Below the pieces are notes generated by a model. The model was not told the origin of the DNA. It made no database searches and saw nothing but the letters and a program-made list of their open reading frames with translations. Of a stretch of DNA of 64,000 nucleotides, positions 36,580 to 46,526 are shown in pieces. The stretch lies in assembly GCA_964541675.1 (NCBI GenBank), contig CAZIPW010000001.1, forward strand, positions 67,493 through 131,492, written 5' to 3'. Each line of letters begins with the position of its first letter. The stretch's first letter is position 1. This DNA is from an uncultured Verrucomicrobiota bacterium (GTDB lineage Bacteria > Verrucomicrobiota > Verrucomicrobiia > CAZIPW01). Both the position numbers and the translations under genes were made by a program.

Positions 36580-37662
36580 TCACCAGCCCATCTCCTTGTT
36601 GAGATCCGCAAACTCCGGGTCGGGGACAATCTGTCCATCTTTAAATTCTGTCATCCGGTCTCCGATTTTAAGGAGTCTATCGGCCCCAGGCGTTATGTAT
36701 CCTGACGCCCCCTGCCAGGGCTGTAGTTTCCCCATCCGGGTCATGAATTCCTGTGCGGAGGGTTTCCCGTCAAAGCCCTCACAGCTTTTGATAATGGCCT
36801 CCATCTGGTCGTAGCCAATGGCGCTTATGGCAACGGGTTTATGATGAAACCGCTTCTCAAAGCGTTCCGCGAAATCAGGGGTCATGTTGTTAACGCATAC
36901 AAAGCGGATTCCCTCCGCCCGTTGGCGATCATGGATGTCTTCCAGGTATCCCGATAGCTTGCAAGTCAGCCCAAGTTCTTTGGCCTGTCGCAGGATAATC
37001 TCAGATTCAGGCAGTACCGCCCAGATTGCAAGGGCGTCAGGTTTTTGCCCGTTGATCTTTGTCAGCAGGGTGCGAAAGTCGCGCACAGGCGCGTTGAATT
37101 TCACGTAGGCTACCAACTGCATCTGTGGGTCTTTTTTGATGGTCTCCCGAAGATGTTCCACCACGGGCGTCCAGTCGGCCAGGTTGGCCTGGATGACGGC
37201 GATCCTATGCGCCCCCATTCTTTTGAACAGGCGCAGTTGAAGGTCCGCAAAATCATCGCTGGGGGAAGTCAGAGTGGCGGTATAATGATTTTTGGTTACC
37301 TGTTCAAGGTTCCAGGTGTTGGCAAAGTGTACGATGTGCTTTTGTTCCGCCAGGGGGCATATGGCATTGGCTTCCATAGTCCACATGGAAACAATGATAT
37401 CCACGTGGTCGATGTCGATGAGCTTCTTGGCGGCCAGAAAGGAACGGCTGGGAATGAACTCGCCATCCTCATAGATAACCGCGTAGGTGTGTTTTGTATG
37501 CGCGTGCTCTTCCACGCAGAGCGTCATGCCTTCTTTCTTTGCGTTTCCGGCCCAGTCGTATTCCCCGCTTAGTGGCAGCACAGCCCCGATCTTGATGACA
37601 TCGGCCTGGGCGGCGCAAAATATGCCCATCGTTGCGATTAATGTTGCGAATGGTATCTTCAT
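36580..37662 (-). CDS. LivK-like periplasmic solute-binding protein, array copy 2
   Basis: MKIPFATLIATMGIFCAAQADVIKIGAVLPLSGEYDWAGNAKKEG...DLNKEMGW. It lies 4 nt from copy 1. Confidence 0.6.
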   Translation of the reverse strand: MKIPFATLIATMGIFCAAQADVIKIGAVLPLSGEYDWAGNAKKEGMTLCVEEHAHTKHTYAVIYEDGEFIPSRSFLAAKKLIDIDHVDIIVSMWTMEANAICPLAEQKHIVHFANTWNLEQVTKNHYTATLTSPSDDFADLQLRLFKRMGAHRIAVIQANLADWTPVVEHLRETIKKDPQMQLVAYVKFNAPVRDFRTLLTKINGQKPDALAIWAVLPESEIILRQAKELGLTCKLSGYLEDIHDRQRAEGIRFVCVNNMTPDFAERFEKRFHHKPVAISAIGYDQMEAIIKSCEGFDGKPSAQEFMTRMGKLQPWQGASGYITPGADRLLKIGDRMTEFKDGQIVPDPEFADLNKEMGW

Positions 37663-37666
37663 AAAT

Positions 37667-38749
37667 TTACCAGCCCATCTCCTTGTTCAAATCTTCAAAT
37701 AATGGATCGGGGACCATCTGTCCGTTCTCGTACTTCACGTATTTGAAAGCCTGGGCAATCATGCGATCGGGACGGGGTGCGCAGATTCCGGAAGCCCCGA
37801 CCCACGGCGGCAGGTGCGTGGCTTTGTCTATCAGCGCCAGCCCGTCTGGCTTATGGTCAAAACTTTCGTAGACCTTGATAAGGGCCTGCATCTGGTCGTA
37901 GCCCAAGTTGACCCCATAGGCGGGCTCCTTGTGAAAGCGTTCTTTGTAGGCGGCCACCCAGGCTCCCGCGGGATTTGTCGCGCAGAAGAAATGCATTCCT
38001 TCGCCGAGTTTCTTCTCGTTGAGATCCTCGTAGTAGCCGGAGATCCGGTATTTCATCCCCAACTCGCGTGACTGCCGCAGGATGATCTCCGATTCCGGCA
38101 GAAGGGACCATACGACAAGGATGTCTGGACGCTCCTCATTGATCTTGGCCAGCATGGTGCGGAAATCCCGGGTCGGAGAGATGAATTTCTCGTTGGCAAC
38201 AATCTCCAGGGAGGGGTCTTTCCTGATCTCAGCGAGTAGATAAGGGATGGCGTACATCCAGTCAGCGGAGTATTGCCACAGAATCGCCACGCGTTTGCAG
38301 CGCAGGCGTTCTATAATTTTGGTCTGCATGGCCGCCTGAACGTCGCAGGGCTGGGAAATCTTGAATGTATATTTGTGCTTGGGCAGATCGTTGAGATTGT
38401 AATCCTGCGCGAAGTTCGGGATCTTTTTGGCGTCGGCTATGGGCTCCACCGCGGAGAGCTCCACGCTCCAAAGGCTGGTCAGTATATCCACCCTGTCAAT
38501 GTTGATCAGCTTTTGCGCTGCCAGGGACGTTCTTCCCGGGACGAATCCCGTGTCTTCGTATATGACCTTATACTGGTGCTTGGTTTTACCTTCCGCCTCG
38601 GAAAGCGCCATCTGCATACCCTCCTGATTGGCCTTGCCGACAAAGTCGTACTCGCCACTTAGTGGCAAGAGGGCTCCGATCTTGATGACGTCGGCCTGGG
38701 CGGCGCATAGCGCCAGGGTCGCAATGAGTAACGTGAGCGTTCTTTTCAT
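37667..38749 (-). CDS. LivK-like periplasmic solute-binding protein, array copy 3
   Basis: MKRTLTLLIATLALCAAQADVIKIGALLPLSGEYDFVGKANQEG...DLNKEMGW. Confidence 0.6.
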   Translation of the reverse strand: MKRTLTLLIATLALCAAQADVIKIGALLPLSGEYDFVGKANQEGMQMALSEAEGKTKHQYKVIYEDTGFVPGRTSLAAQKLINIDRVDILTSLWSVELSAVEPIADAKKIPNFAQDYNLNDLPKHKYTFKISQPCDVQAAMQTKIIERLRCKRVAILWQYSADWMYAIPYLLAEIRKDPSLEIVANEKFISPTRDFRTMLAKINEERPDILVVWSLLPESEIILRQSRELGMKYRISGYYEDLNEKKLGEGMHFFCATNPAGAWVAAYKERFHKEPAYGVNLGYDQMQALIKVYESFDHKPDGLALIDKATHLPPWVGASGICAPRPDRMIAQAFKYVKYENGQMVPDPLFEDLNKEMGW

Positions 38750-38753
38750 AAAT

Positions 38754-39839
38754 TTACCAACCCATCTCCTTGTTAAGATCGGCGAAATCGGGATCGTCGA
38801 TCATGACGGCGTTGCGGTATCTGACAACCTTAAGCGGTGCGCTGATAACCCTGTCGGAGCGGGGCCTTATGAGTCCACAGGCTCCCATCCAGGGCTTTAG
38901 CTGCGAGGCGGCCCTGATCAACTCCAAAGCAGCGGGTTTGTGATCAAAGCTCTCATAGGCTTTGATGATGGTTGTCATCTGGTCGTAGCCGAAGTTGGTT
39001 CCATAGGCCGGATCGTGTTTGTATTTGGCCCTGTATCTCTCAATCCATTCTCCCGCGTTGTTGGTGAAACAGATAAAGGTTATGCCTTCCGCCAGTTTTT
39101 TGTCCGACATATCCTCGTAGTACCCCGTGATCCGGCAGTTGATCCCTATCTCTTTGGCCTGCCTGAGTATGATTTCCGATTCCGGCATAATCGAGAGAAC
39201 GATGAGGGTGTCGGGGTTGGTCTCCTTGATTTTTGCCAACGTAGTGCGGAAATCTCGGACAGGGGAGTTAAAGCTTTCATTAAAGACCAATTTGATCGAT
39301 GGATCGCCCTTGAGCGCGCTGAGGATGTACGGCACCCCGTACACCCAGTCGGCGGAGTTCTGCCACAGAAGGGCGATGCGCTTGCAACCCCAGCGTTGCG
39401 CCAGTTTGAGGTTGATTTGGGCGTACTCATCGCAGGGGGCCGATAGAGACATGGTATATTTCCACTTCTGGGTCCAGATCAGATCCCAGTCGTTGGCCAT
39501 GTGCGGAATCTTTTTGGCCTCGCACAAGGGTCCCACCGCCGAGGCCTCCGGACCCCACATACTGTTGACGATATCGACTTTATCCACATTGATAAGCTTT
39601 TGGGCGGCCAGAGAGGTCTTGCTGGGCATAAACCCGCAGTCCTCGACTATGAGTTTGTACTCATGTCTGGATTTGCCCTTACATTCATCGAGTGCCATCT
39701 GCATACCATCCAGCGTGGCTTTTCCGGCGAAATCGTACTCGCCACTTAGCGGCAGCACGGCGCCAACTTTGATGACGTCGGCTTGTGCGGCGCACATGAG
39801 CCCCAGGGTTATGACCAATGTTGCGAATGTATTCTTCAT
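38754..39839 (-). CDS. LivK-like periplasmic solute-binding protein, array copy 4
   Basis: MKNTFATLVITLGLMCAAQADVIKVGAVLPLSGEYDFAGKATLDG...DLNKEMGW. The track ORF is extended upstream across the previous gene end. Confidence 0.6.
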   Translation of the reverse strand: MKNTFATLVITLGLMCAAQADVIKVGAVLPLSGEYDFAGKATLDGMQMALDECKGKSRHEYKLIVEDCGFMPSKTSLAAQKLINVDKVDIVNSMWGPEASAVGPLCEAKKIPHMANDWDLIWTQKWKYTMSLSAPCDEYAQINLKLAQRWGCKRIALLWQNSADWVYGVPYILSALKGDPSIKLVFNESFNSPVRDFRTTLAKIKETNPDTLIVLSIMPESEIILRQAKEIGINCRITGYYEDMSDKKLAEGITFICFTNNAGEWIERYRAKYKHDPAYGTNFGYDQMTTIIKAYESFDHKPAALELIRAASQLKPWMGACGLIRPRSDRVISAPLKVVRYRNAVMIDDPDFADLNKEMGW

Positions 39840-39843
39840 AAAT

Positions 39844-40929
39844 TTACCACCCCATCTCCTTGTTGAGGTCGGCGAACTGTGGATCATCAATCATGATGGC
39901 GTTCCGGTATTTGACAATCCAGAGCGGCTGCACCAGCATGCCATCCGCGCGGGGGCGCATGAGTCCGGAAGCCCCCATCCAGACGGGCATCTTTCTGGCG
40001 GCCTGGACCAGTGCCATGCCGTCGGGTTTGTGCTCAAAACCTTCATAAGCATGGATGAGGCTCTCCATCTGGTCATAGCCAAAGTTGGTGCTGTATGCCG
40101 GGTCATGTTTGTACATGGCCTTGTACCTCTTGACCCAGCTCTTCTCGGGGTTGGTAAAGCAGATGAAGGACATCCCTTCACCCAGTTTTTTCTCGGACAG
40201 ATCCTCGTAGTACCCAGTCATTCGGCAGGCAATTCCAAGTTCGCGCGCCTGCCTCAGGATGATTTCCGACTCCGGCAGGATCGACAAAACGATGATAAGA
40301 TCGGGTCTGGCCTCTTTTACTCTCGTTAGAACCGTCCGGAAATCCCTGACGGGGGCGTTGAAGCTCTGGTTGAATACGATGGTGATGCTTGGATCGCTTT
40401 GAAGGGCCTTCTGAACATAGGGAAACCCGTAAATCCAATCGGCGGAGTGCTGCCATAGGAGAGCCACGCGGTGGCACCCCCAACGCTGAACCATCTTTAG
40501 CTGCATTTCTGCGTACAGGTCGCAGGGAGCGGCCAGATCCAGGGTGTATTTGTATTTCTGTACCCATACCAAGTCCCAGTCGTTGGCCATGTGCGGAATT
40601 CTCCTGGCTTCGGCCAGGGGGGCCACCGCCATTGCCCCTGCCCCCCAGATGCTGCAAATACAATCGACTTTGTCGATGTTGAGAAGTTTTTGGGCCGCCA
40701 GAGAGGACTTGCCTGGCTGAAATTCGCCGTCTTCGCAAAAGAGTCTGTATTGATGTCTGGTATTGCCCTGTGCTTCAGTGAGAGCCATCTGCATACCGTC
40801 GAGTTGGGCTTTGCCAACGAAATCGTATTCGCCGGTGAGCGGCAACACCACTCCCACCTTGATGACGTCGGCGTGTGCGGCGCACACCAGCCCTAAAATT
40901 AAGGCCCCTGTGGAGAATATTCCCTTCAT
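39844..40929 (-). CDS. LivK-like periplasmic solute-binding protein, array copy 5
   Basis: MKGIFSTGALILGLVCAAHADVIKVGVVLPLTGEYDFVGKAQLDG...DLNKEMGW. Confidence 0.6.
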   Translation of the reverse strand: MKGIFSTGALILGLVCAAHADVIKVGVVLPLTGEYDFVGKAQLDGMQMALTEAQGNTRHQYRLFCEDGEFQPGKSSLAAQKLLNIDKVDCICSIWGAGAMAVAPLAEARRIPHMANDWDLVWVQKYKYTLDLAAPCDLYAEMQLKMVQRWGCHRVALLWQHSADWIYGFPYVQKALQSDPSITIVFNQSFNAPVRDFRTVLTRVKEARPDLIIVLSILPESEIILRQARELGIACRMTGYYEDLSEKKLGEGMSFICFTNPEKSWVKRYKAMYKHDPAYSTNFGYDQMESLIHAYEGFEHKPDGMALVQAARKMPVWMGASGLMRPRADGMLVQPLWIVKYRNAIMIDDPQFADLNKEMGW

Positions 40930-40933
40930 AAGG

Positions 40934-42013
40934 TTACCACCCCATCTCCTTGTTGAGGTCGGCGAACTGTGGATCGTCGATGAGTTGTCCATTCTTATAC
41001 GTTACCACCTTAAAGGGCATGGTGATCATCCCATTTTTGTGGGGCGTAATGATCCCTGAGGCTCCTACCCAGGAAGGCATAACTTTGGCCCCCCTTACAA
41101 ACTCCTCGGCGCCGGGTTTGTGATCAAACTGCTCACAGTCATGTATAATGGCCGCCATCATATCATAACCGTAGCTGGTGCTGTAAGGAGGTTCTTTATG
41201 GAAACGGGCCTTGTAGCTCTCAAACCATTGACTGGCGGGATTGGTGAAGCAGATGAAAGAGATCCCCTTGACCAGTTTTCTTTCACTGATGTCCTCAAAA
41301 TACCCCGTGATACGGCAGCCGATTCCCAGCTCTCTGGCCTGCCTGAGCACAATTTCCGATTCCGGCAGGATTGTCAGGGAGAAGATCAGATCCGGTTTTT
41401 GCTCGTTGATCTTCATGAGGATGGTCCTAAAATCACGCACGGGTGGATTAAAGGTCTCGCACGCGACAATCGCCATACCGGGCTGTTTCTTTAACTGATC
41501 TATAATATAGGGCATGGTGTATACTGAGAATCCTGAATTCGGGTAAAGAATCGCCACGCGTTTTGTGCCCCAACGGCGCATCATTTTGATAAGAAGAGTG
41601 GCATAGTCGCTGCAGGATTGACTGACGTTAACTGTGTACTTATAACCCTCCACCCATCTAAGCGTCCAGTCGGAAGCCACGTGCGGGATCTTTTTGCTGT
41701 CGCAGATGGGACACACCGCGATCGCCTCATCTCCACCCATGCTGACCAATATATCTGCGTGATCGATGGTTGTAAGCTTCCGCGCGGCAAGCGCGGTGCG
41801 TCCTGGCTTAAGCTCCGTATCTTCGCATATAAGTTTATACCGATGTTTGGTGCTTCCCGCATCGGCAAGCGCCAGTTGCATACCATCAAGGGTTGCCTTT
41901 CCCATGAAGTCATACTCCCCCGTGAGCGGCAATAGCACCCCCACCTTGATGACGTCGGCCTGTGCGGCGGTTGCCAGCAGAGCAAACAGCAGGGTCGGGA
42001 GCAACCTCTTCAT
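40934..42013 (-). CDS. LivK-like periplasmic solute-binding protein, array copy 6
   Basis: MKRLLPTLLFALLATAAQADVIKVGVLLPLTGEYDFMGKATLDG...DLNKEMGW. Confidence 0.6.
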   Translation of the reverse strand: MKRLLPTLLFALLATAAQADVIKVGVLLPLTGEYDFMGKATLDGMQLALADAGSTKHRYKLICEDTELKPGRTALAARKLTTIDHADILVSMGGDEAIAVCPICDSKKIPHVASDWTLRWVEGYKYTVNVSQSCSDYATLLIKMMRRWGTKRVAILYPNSGFSVYTMPYIIDQLKKQPGMAIVACETFNPPVRDFRTILMKINEQKPDLIFSLTILPESEIVLRQARELGIGCRITGYFEDISERKLVKGISFICFTNPASQWFESYKARFHKEPPYSTSYGYDMMAAIIHDCEQFDHKPGAEEFVRGAKVMPSWVGASGIITPHKNGMITMPFKVVTYKNGQLIDDPQFADLNKEMGW

Positions 42014-42020
42014 GCGCGCA

Positions 42021-43244
42021 TTATAGGCCGGGATTGAGCATCCTGCCAAGAAAAAGGATCGAACCGGTACGGTTGTCGCGGATCAGATAGATGAAGGGAT
42101 GGTCGGCACGGAAAACAAATGTTTTCTTGGGCATGACTGGCATACCCATGCACTCCATCATTACCGCCGTGGCCGCCGCCGCTTCGGTGCCTTCCTCATA
42201 GACGTCTATATAGGCCTTGTGGATCACGGCTGAGATGAATAAATCGCGCATACCGTCCATGCCTGAGAAGTCAGCCTCACCCGATATGAAGGCGCGCGTC
42301 ATTCCCAGCGATTCCAGGGCTTCTTTCAGTTGAAAGCGGCCGGTGGACTTGAATTTTGGCAGATAAATATTCACCTGCTCTGGGGACATCTGCGCAATCC
42401 AGGACTCGAGCTTTCGGGAATCAAGCTCTCTTTCAATTTGATTGAATTGGGTGGGATCCTTCGGGAGCAGGATAACCATGGAAGCCGTGCCCCACGCGTA
42501 GGGCAGGCTGATCATTTGAAGTTGTTCGGTCTCCAGATAGGGAACGCGTTCCTCTTCATTCATGAGGCTGACAGAAACGCTTTTGCCTTTCCCCAAGTGA
42601 AAATCTACGGGATGGGTAAGTTCCTTCTGGAAGGGTTTCTTCCAGCCGCCCTTAAAATAGATGGCATTTACCAGAACCATCCTCGTGGACGGGTTGATCA
42701 TACCCGGGGATATCAGGTTTTGTATCTTTTCGTGTGTCTTGTCGCTTACCCAACCGTTGATTTTGACCCCCGTGGGTTCGGCTTGGGTGACGAAATCCGC
42801 CTGGTTTATCTCTGAGTCGAAGTTTTCCTTTATGTTCCGCAGATACTCTGCCAGGAAGGGGTGGTCTTTTTGGGCCCACAGGCCGTTGGCAATCTCAAGC
42901 TCGAGGCCGGGCTGAAGCGATGGAGGCTCATTGGGCGGCGTGAGGGCTTTCGTCAGGGAGCTAAAACTTTTGGGCAGAGCCGCAGGGGTGGCTGCATAGC
43001 GAAGGCCCCCCTTTATTTCCGCGGCAGTCTCTCCTCTGGCTCCCGCGTAGACCATGCCGAGGCAGCTTGAGATGCTGTAGGGCGAGAAAAAGAGATTGCC
43101 GTCCTGCTTGGCCAACCGCTGGTAAAGATCAAAGGCGAACTGGTTGTTGCCTCGGACGAGTGTGGAGGTCTCCTGCGCCATGAGGGGAGTCAAAAGCGCA
43201 CAGTATACCAGTGCGAGAACCACGGGTCGTTTAATGTTTTTCAT
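42021..43244 (-). CDS. secreted serpin (serine protease inhibitor family)
   Basis: Signal peptide; serpin N-terminal helices (NQFAFDLYQRL...NLFFSPYSISSCLGMVYAGARGETAAEI); hinge and reactive-centre loop (EEGTEAAAATAVMMECMGMP); C-terminal FRADHPFIYLIRDNRTGSILFLGRM. Confidence 0.8.
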   Translation of the reverse strand: MKNIKRPVVLALVYCALLTPLMAQETSTLVRGNNQFAFDLYQRLAKQDGNLFFSPYSISSCLGMVYAGARGETAAEIKGGLRYAATPAALPKSFSSLTKALTPPNEPPSLQPGLELEIANGLWAQKDHPFLAEYLRNIKENFDSEINQADFVTQAEPTGVKINGWVSDKTHEKIQNLISPGMINPSTRMVLVNAIYFKGGWKKPFQKELTHPVDFHLGKGKSVSVSLMNEEERVPYLETEQLQMISLPYAWGTASMVILLPKDPTQFNQIERELDSRKLESWIAQMSPEQVNIYLPKFKSTGRFQLKEALESLGMTRAFISGEADFSGMDGMRDLFISAVIHKAYIDVYEEGTEAAAATAVMMECMGMPVMPKKTFVFRADHPFIYLIRDNRTGSILFLGRMLNPGL

Positions 43245-43264
43245 GAAAGAGAAAACGTCGGACG

Positions 43265-44065
43265 CTATGGAATCTTCAGCACCTGGCCGAGTTTGAGATT
43301 CCTCGGGCTGGAGAGCACGTCCTTGTTGGCCTCGTATATCTCCTTCCAGCGGGAAGAGGCGCCATAGAATTTTTTGGCGATCGTTGAAAGGGTATCTCCC
43401 TCCTGTATGGTGTACTGTCTTCCGCTTGCCGCCGACTTGGCCGCGGGTGCCGTCGCAGGGACAGTCTCGCCGATCTTGATCTTGGCTTTGGACTCGGACA
43501 GGATGCCCATGCCGCCGCTGCCGTTGGGGCCGGGACCCTGGGCATCAAGAGCCAGCCGGGCCTGATCGGCTGCTTTGTAATGTTCAATTTCCTCCTGGGC
43601 CTTCTGGAGCTGGGTTTTCAGGGCTGTGTTCTCGGTACGCTCCTTGTCCAGAAGCTCCTTCAAGTCGAGACTGTCCACTTCGCTGCCAAAGGGTCCGGCG
43701 GGGAGACTTCTGGCAAATTCTTTCTTGGCGGTCATGATCAGCTGTTTGACCCGTTCCGCCTGTTCGGTGTTGCCGGAGGTGCGCAGATATTCATGGAAGT
43801 GATAAATGGCCAGTATCGGTTCATTAAAGCGGTTCAAATACAGCAGTCCCACCTCCAGATGGCTCTCGGGAGCCGATTGTCTTCTCTCAATGACGCTTTG
43901 GAACGCCTGTAGGGCCTCGTCCGGGCGTCCTTCGCGCAGGCACTGTTTGCCGCGGCGGAAAGCGCTCTCTTCCTGCTCCGAGAGGAGGGCCCCTGGTCCC
44001 CGTTCGCAGCCGACGACAATAAGTCCGGCAATAACGACGAGTGATAAGATGCCCCAAGCTCTCAT
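43265..44065 (-). CDS. secreted protein with TPR-like N-region, coiled coil and C-terminal LysM peptidoglycan-binding domain
   Basis: Signal/TM N-terminus; C-terminus YTIQEGDTLSTIAKKFYGASSRWKEIYEANKDVLSSPRNLKLGQVLKIP, which is LysM. Confidence 0.65.
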   Translation of the reverse strand: MRAWGILSLVVIAGLIVVGCERGPGALLSEQEESAFRRGKQCLREGRPDEALQAFQSVIERRQSAPESHLEVGLLYLNRFNEPILAIYHFHEYLRTSGNTEQAERVKQLIMTAKKEFARSLPAGPFGSEVDSLDLKELLDKERTENTALKTQLQKAQEEIEHYKAADQARLALDAQGPGPNGSGGMGILSESKAKIKIGETVPATAPAAKSAASGRQYTIQEGDTLSTIAKKFYGASSRWKEIYEANKDVLSSPRNLKLGQVLKIP

Positions 44066-44214
44066 AAGCGCACTTTATATGCGCATTTTGCGTTGGGCTC
44101 AAGCCACTTTTTACCTGTCTTCGCAAAAAGCGTGGTGGTTCTTGGGCGGATTTTTGCCGTGCTCCAATTTCCCCTCGACTTTGAGGATGATCTTCACCAT
44201 GCTGGACCAAAATA

Positions 44215-46278
44215 ATGTACTGGCTTATCTTTCTGCTCCTGCCTTTCTCTCTGTTCGCGCAAAGGAATCTGACGTCGGATCTCCCAATGGAGTTTGACGG
44301 GGTTAACAATGCCCTGGTCGCGCGCCAGAATGCGACCTTTACCGCCAAAGGAGTGGTGCTCGTTGCCGACGAGATCCGCTACAGCAAGAAAACACAGGAG
44401 GCCGTTGCCACGGGAAACGTAAGACTCAATATAAAAGGCATCCGCATGGTGGCGGCCAAGGCCACCTATAAATCTCCGACAGGCTATTTCACGGCGGAGG
44501 ACTTTCGTCTGGGCTTCTTCCCTGTGATGGTCACGGGAAAGTCGCTGGAGGGTACCGTCAAGGAGATAAAGCTCCACCACAGCATTGTCTACGCCTCGCA
44601 GTCCGGGCGTATCGTTCCCAATGTGTGTTCCGGCGAGATGATATTGCATCCGGAGCAGGAGTCGACCCGGGTTGAATTGATCAATTCGCTGTTGCGGGTG
44701 GGTCCGGCCCCTGTTCTTCCTGTGCCCTACCTGAATGTCAATGTTCCCAAAAACGATGATTCCGATATCCGTATTACGCTGGGAGGCGACGGCGCCTATG
44801 GTTTTTATGCCCGTACCTCCAGCCTGTATCCTGTCAGTGACAGCCTGATGGCCGGTGGAAACCTGGACTACTATAGCCGCCGGGGTGTCATGGCCGGCCC
44901 AGCCTACAACTATCAGAGCCCGGGCGGGAATATCCAGAGCACCTTGAACTCCGGATATATCTACGATGACAATCCGGCCGTTCGCGGTGTTGACATTCGG
45001 GGGCAACCCATTCCGGCTGGTCGTGGATTCGTGGACTTCCGTTACAAACAGGACGCCGGTCCCCTGCAGATAACCGAACAGACCCAGTACTGGAGCGACT
45101 CCGAAGTCCTGCGCGACTTTCGTCCCAATCTGTACAGCCAGCAGCAGGCTCCGGAGTCCTACGCGGAGGCCGTATTGCCACTCACGGACAGCTATCTGAG
45201 CGTCTTTACGCGTTATGATCCCAATAATTTTGATGACGTCCCTGAATCCATGCCGGAAGTGCGTTTCGACCGCATGGCGACTCCTGTCGGCGACACGGGG
45301 GCGTATTGGAGCTATTTCAATTCGGTGGCGCACATTGACGAAAGCCCGCTCTTCTACGATCGCTATGATGGGATACTGACGGTGGAGCGCCCCACGGCGT
45401 TGACCTCCTGGTGGCAGTTCAATCCCGTCGTTGCCACGCGTTACACCTATTGGGATAATACCATAGCCGGTTCCCCCAACAGCTCCTACACGCGGTTACT
45501 CGGTGAATTCGGTTTCGACAGCCAGTGGAGCCTCTACAAAATCTATGACATCAAGAATGAGACCTGGGGCATTGACGGCCTCAAGCATACCATCCAGCCA
45601 ATCATCCAGTACCGCTATATGCCGGCTGCAAGCGCCGGAGCAGGGCAGATTCCCGACATAGAAGGCCGCGTCTTCGATACCAACCTGCGCCCCACCGACT
45701 TTTTTTACATGGCAGACGTGGATAATCTCCAGTCGATGAACTTGATGCGTTTTGGACTCAAACAGGCTCTGCAGACGCGCGATGACACAAAGGGTGACTT
45801 CCCGACCCGTGACCTGATGACACTGGAGTTCTATCAAGACTACAACTTTACCGCCACGCAGAACCACCCGCATTGGGATAGCTTTTATACCCTCGCGGAG
45901 ATCTCGCCGAATGATTGGATTTCGATCGGAATATTCACCCGCATGAGCGTGGAGGACCTTACCTGGCAGGAAGACCGGCTTTATGTCACGCTCAAGGATG
46001 GCGACTACCGCTCGATCAACTTCTCCACTCGCTTCCTTCAGGATAATGACATCAACCAGTATCAGGTCACCTACATTCAGAAGCTGACCGACAGGCTCTC
46101 CGTGGTCGGCACTCTGGCCTACGATTTTGATCTGCACAACTTCACAGATGTCATGATCGCCCTCTCGCAGAGAATGCGCGATGGGTGGACGATAGAGTAC
46201 GGAGTCCAGCGGAGGGTTGACGATACGCGGGACTCGGATACGGGGGTGACCGTGCACTTCCACTGGTCGAGCTATTAG
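44215..46278 (+). CDS. lptD: LPS-assembly protein LptD (OstA family outer-membrane beta-barrel)
   Basis: Signal peptide; OstA-like N-domain (ATFTAKGVVLVADEIRYSKKTQEAVATGNVRL); a long C-terminal region rich in alternating aromatic residues, typical of a large beta-barrel. Confidence 0.6.
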   Translation: MYWLIFLLLPFSLFAQRNLTSDLPMEFDGVNNALVARQNATFTAKGVVLVADEIRYSKKTQEAVATGNVRLNIKGIRMVAAKATYKSPTGYFTAEDFRLGFFPVMVTGKSLEGTVKEIKLHHSIVYASQSGRIVPNVCSGEMILHPEQESTRVELINSLLRVGPAPVLPVPYLNVNVPKNDDSDIRITLGGDGAYGFYARTSSLYPVSDSLMAGGNLDYYSRRGVMAGPAYNYQSPGGNIQSTLNSGYIYDDNPAVRGVDIRGQPIPAGRGFVDFRYKQDAGPLQITEQTQYWSDSEVLRDFRPNLYSQQQAPESYAEAVLPLTDSYLSVFTRYDPNNFDDVPESMPEVRFDRMATPVGDTGAYWSYFNSVAHIDESPLFYDRYDGILTVERPTALTSWWQFNPVVATRYTYWDNTIAGSPNSSYTRLLGEFGFDSQWSLYKIYDIKNETWGIDGLKHTIQPIIQYRYMPAASAGAGQIPDIEGRVFDTNLRPTDFFYMADVDNLQSMNLMRFGLKQALQTRDDTKGDFPTRDLMTLEFYQDYNFTATQNHPHWDSFYTLAEISPNDWISIGIFTRMSVEDLTWQEDRLYVTLKDGDYRSINFSTRFLQDNDINQYQVTYIQKLTDRLSVVGTLAYDFDLHNFTDVMIALSQRMRDGWTIEYGVQRRVDDTRDSDTGVTVHFHWSSY

Positions 46279-46526
46279 CCCTTTCGGCGTTGGGCTAATG
46301 TGTGACTTCACGCTCTCACGAGGGGGCATCTTTTTTCTGTTATAATGCCTGCACGCAATACTATGTCCAAAACATCGACATCCCCTCCCATGACTCTCAT
46401 TCGTCCCGGAATTCCGTTGTCCCTCTCTTCTCAATCGGCCTACTCTCAAAGTATGTCTGCTTTCAATTATACACCATATATTGCCTATATTACAGTCAAA
46501 CACAATAATACACAAGTTACCCAATC

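Noticed and set aside
44194-45333. 379-aa ORF antisense to lptD
   Set aside because: A shadow ORF. The plus strand encodes a signal peptide, an OstA domain and a beta-barrel-like C-terminus.
45496-46524. 342-aa minus-strand ORF covering the 3' end of lptD and the uvrB upstream region
   Set aside because: It is antisense to lptD, and its continuation through the AT-rich intergenic DNA is incidental. No motifs were seen.
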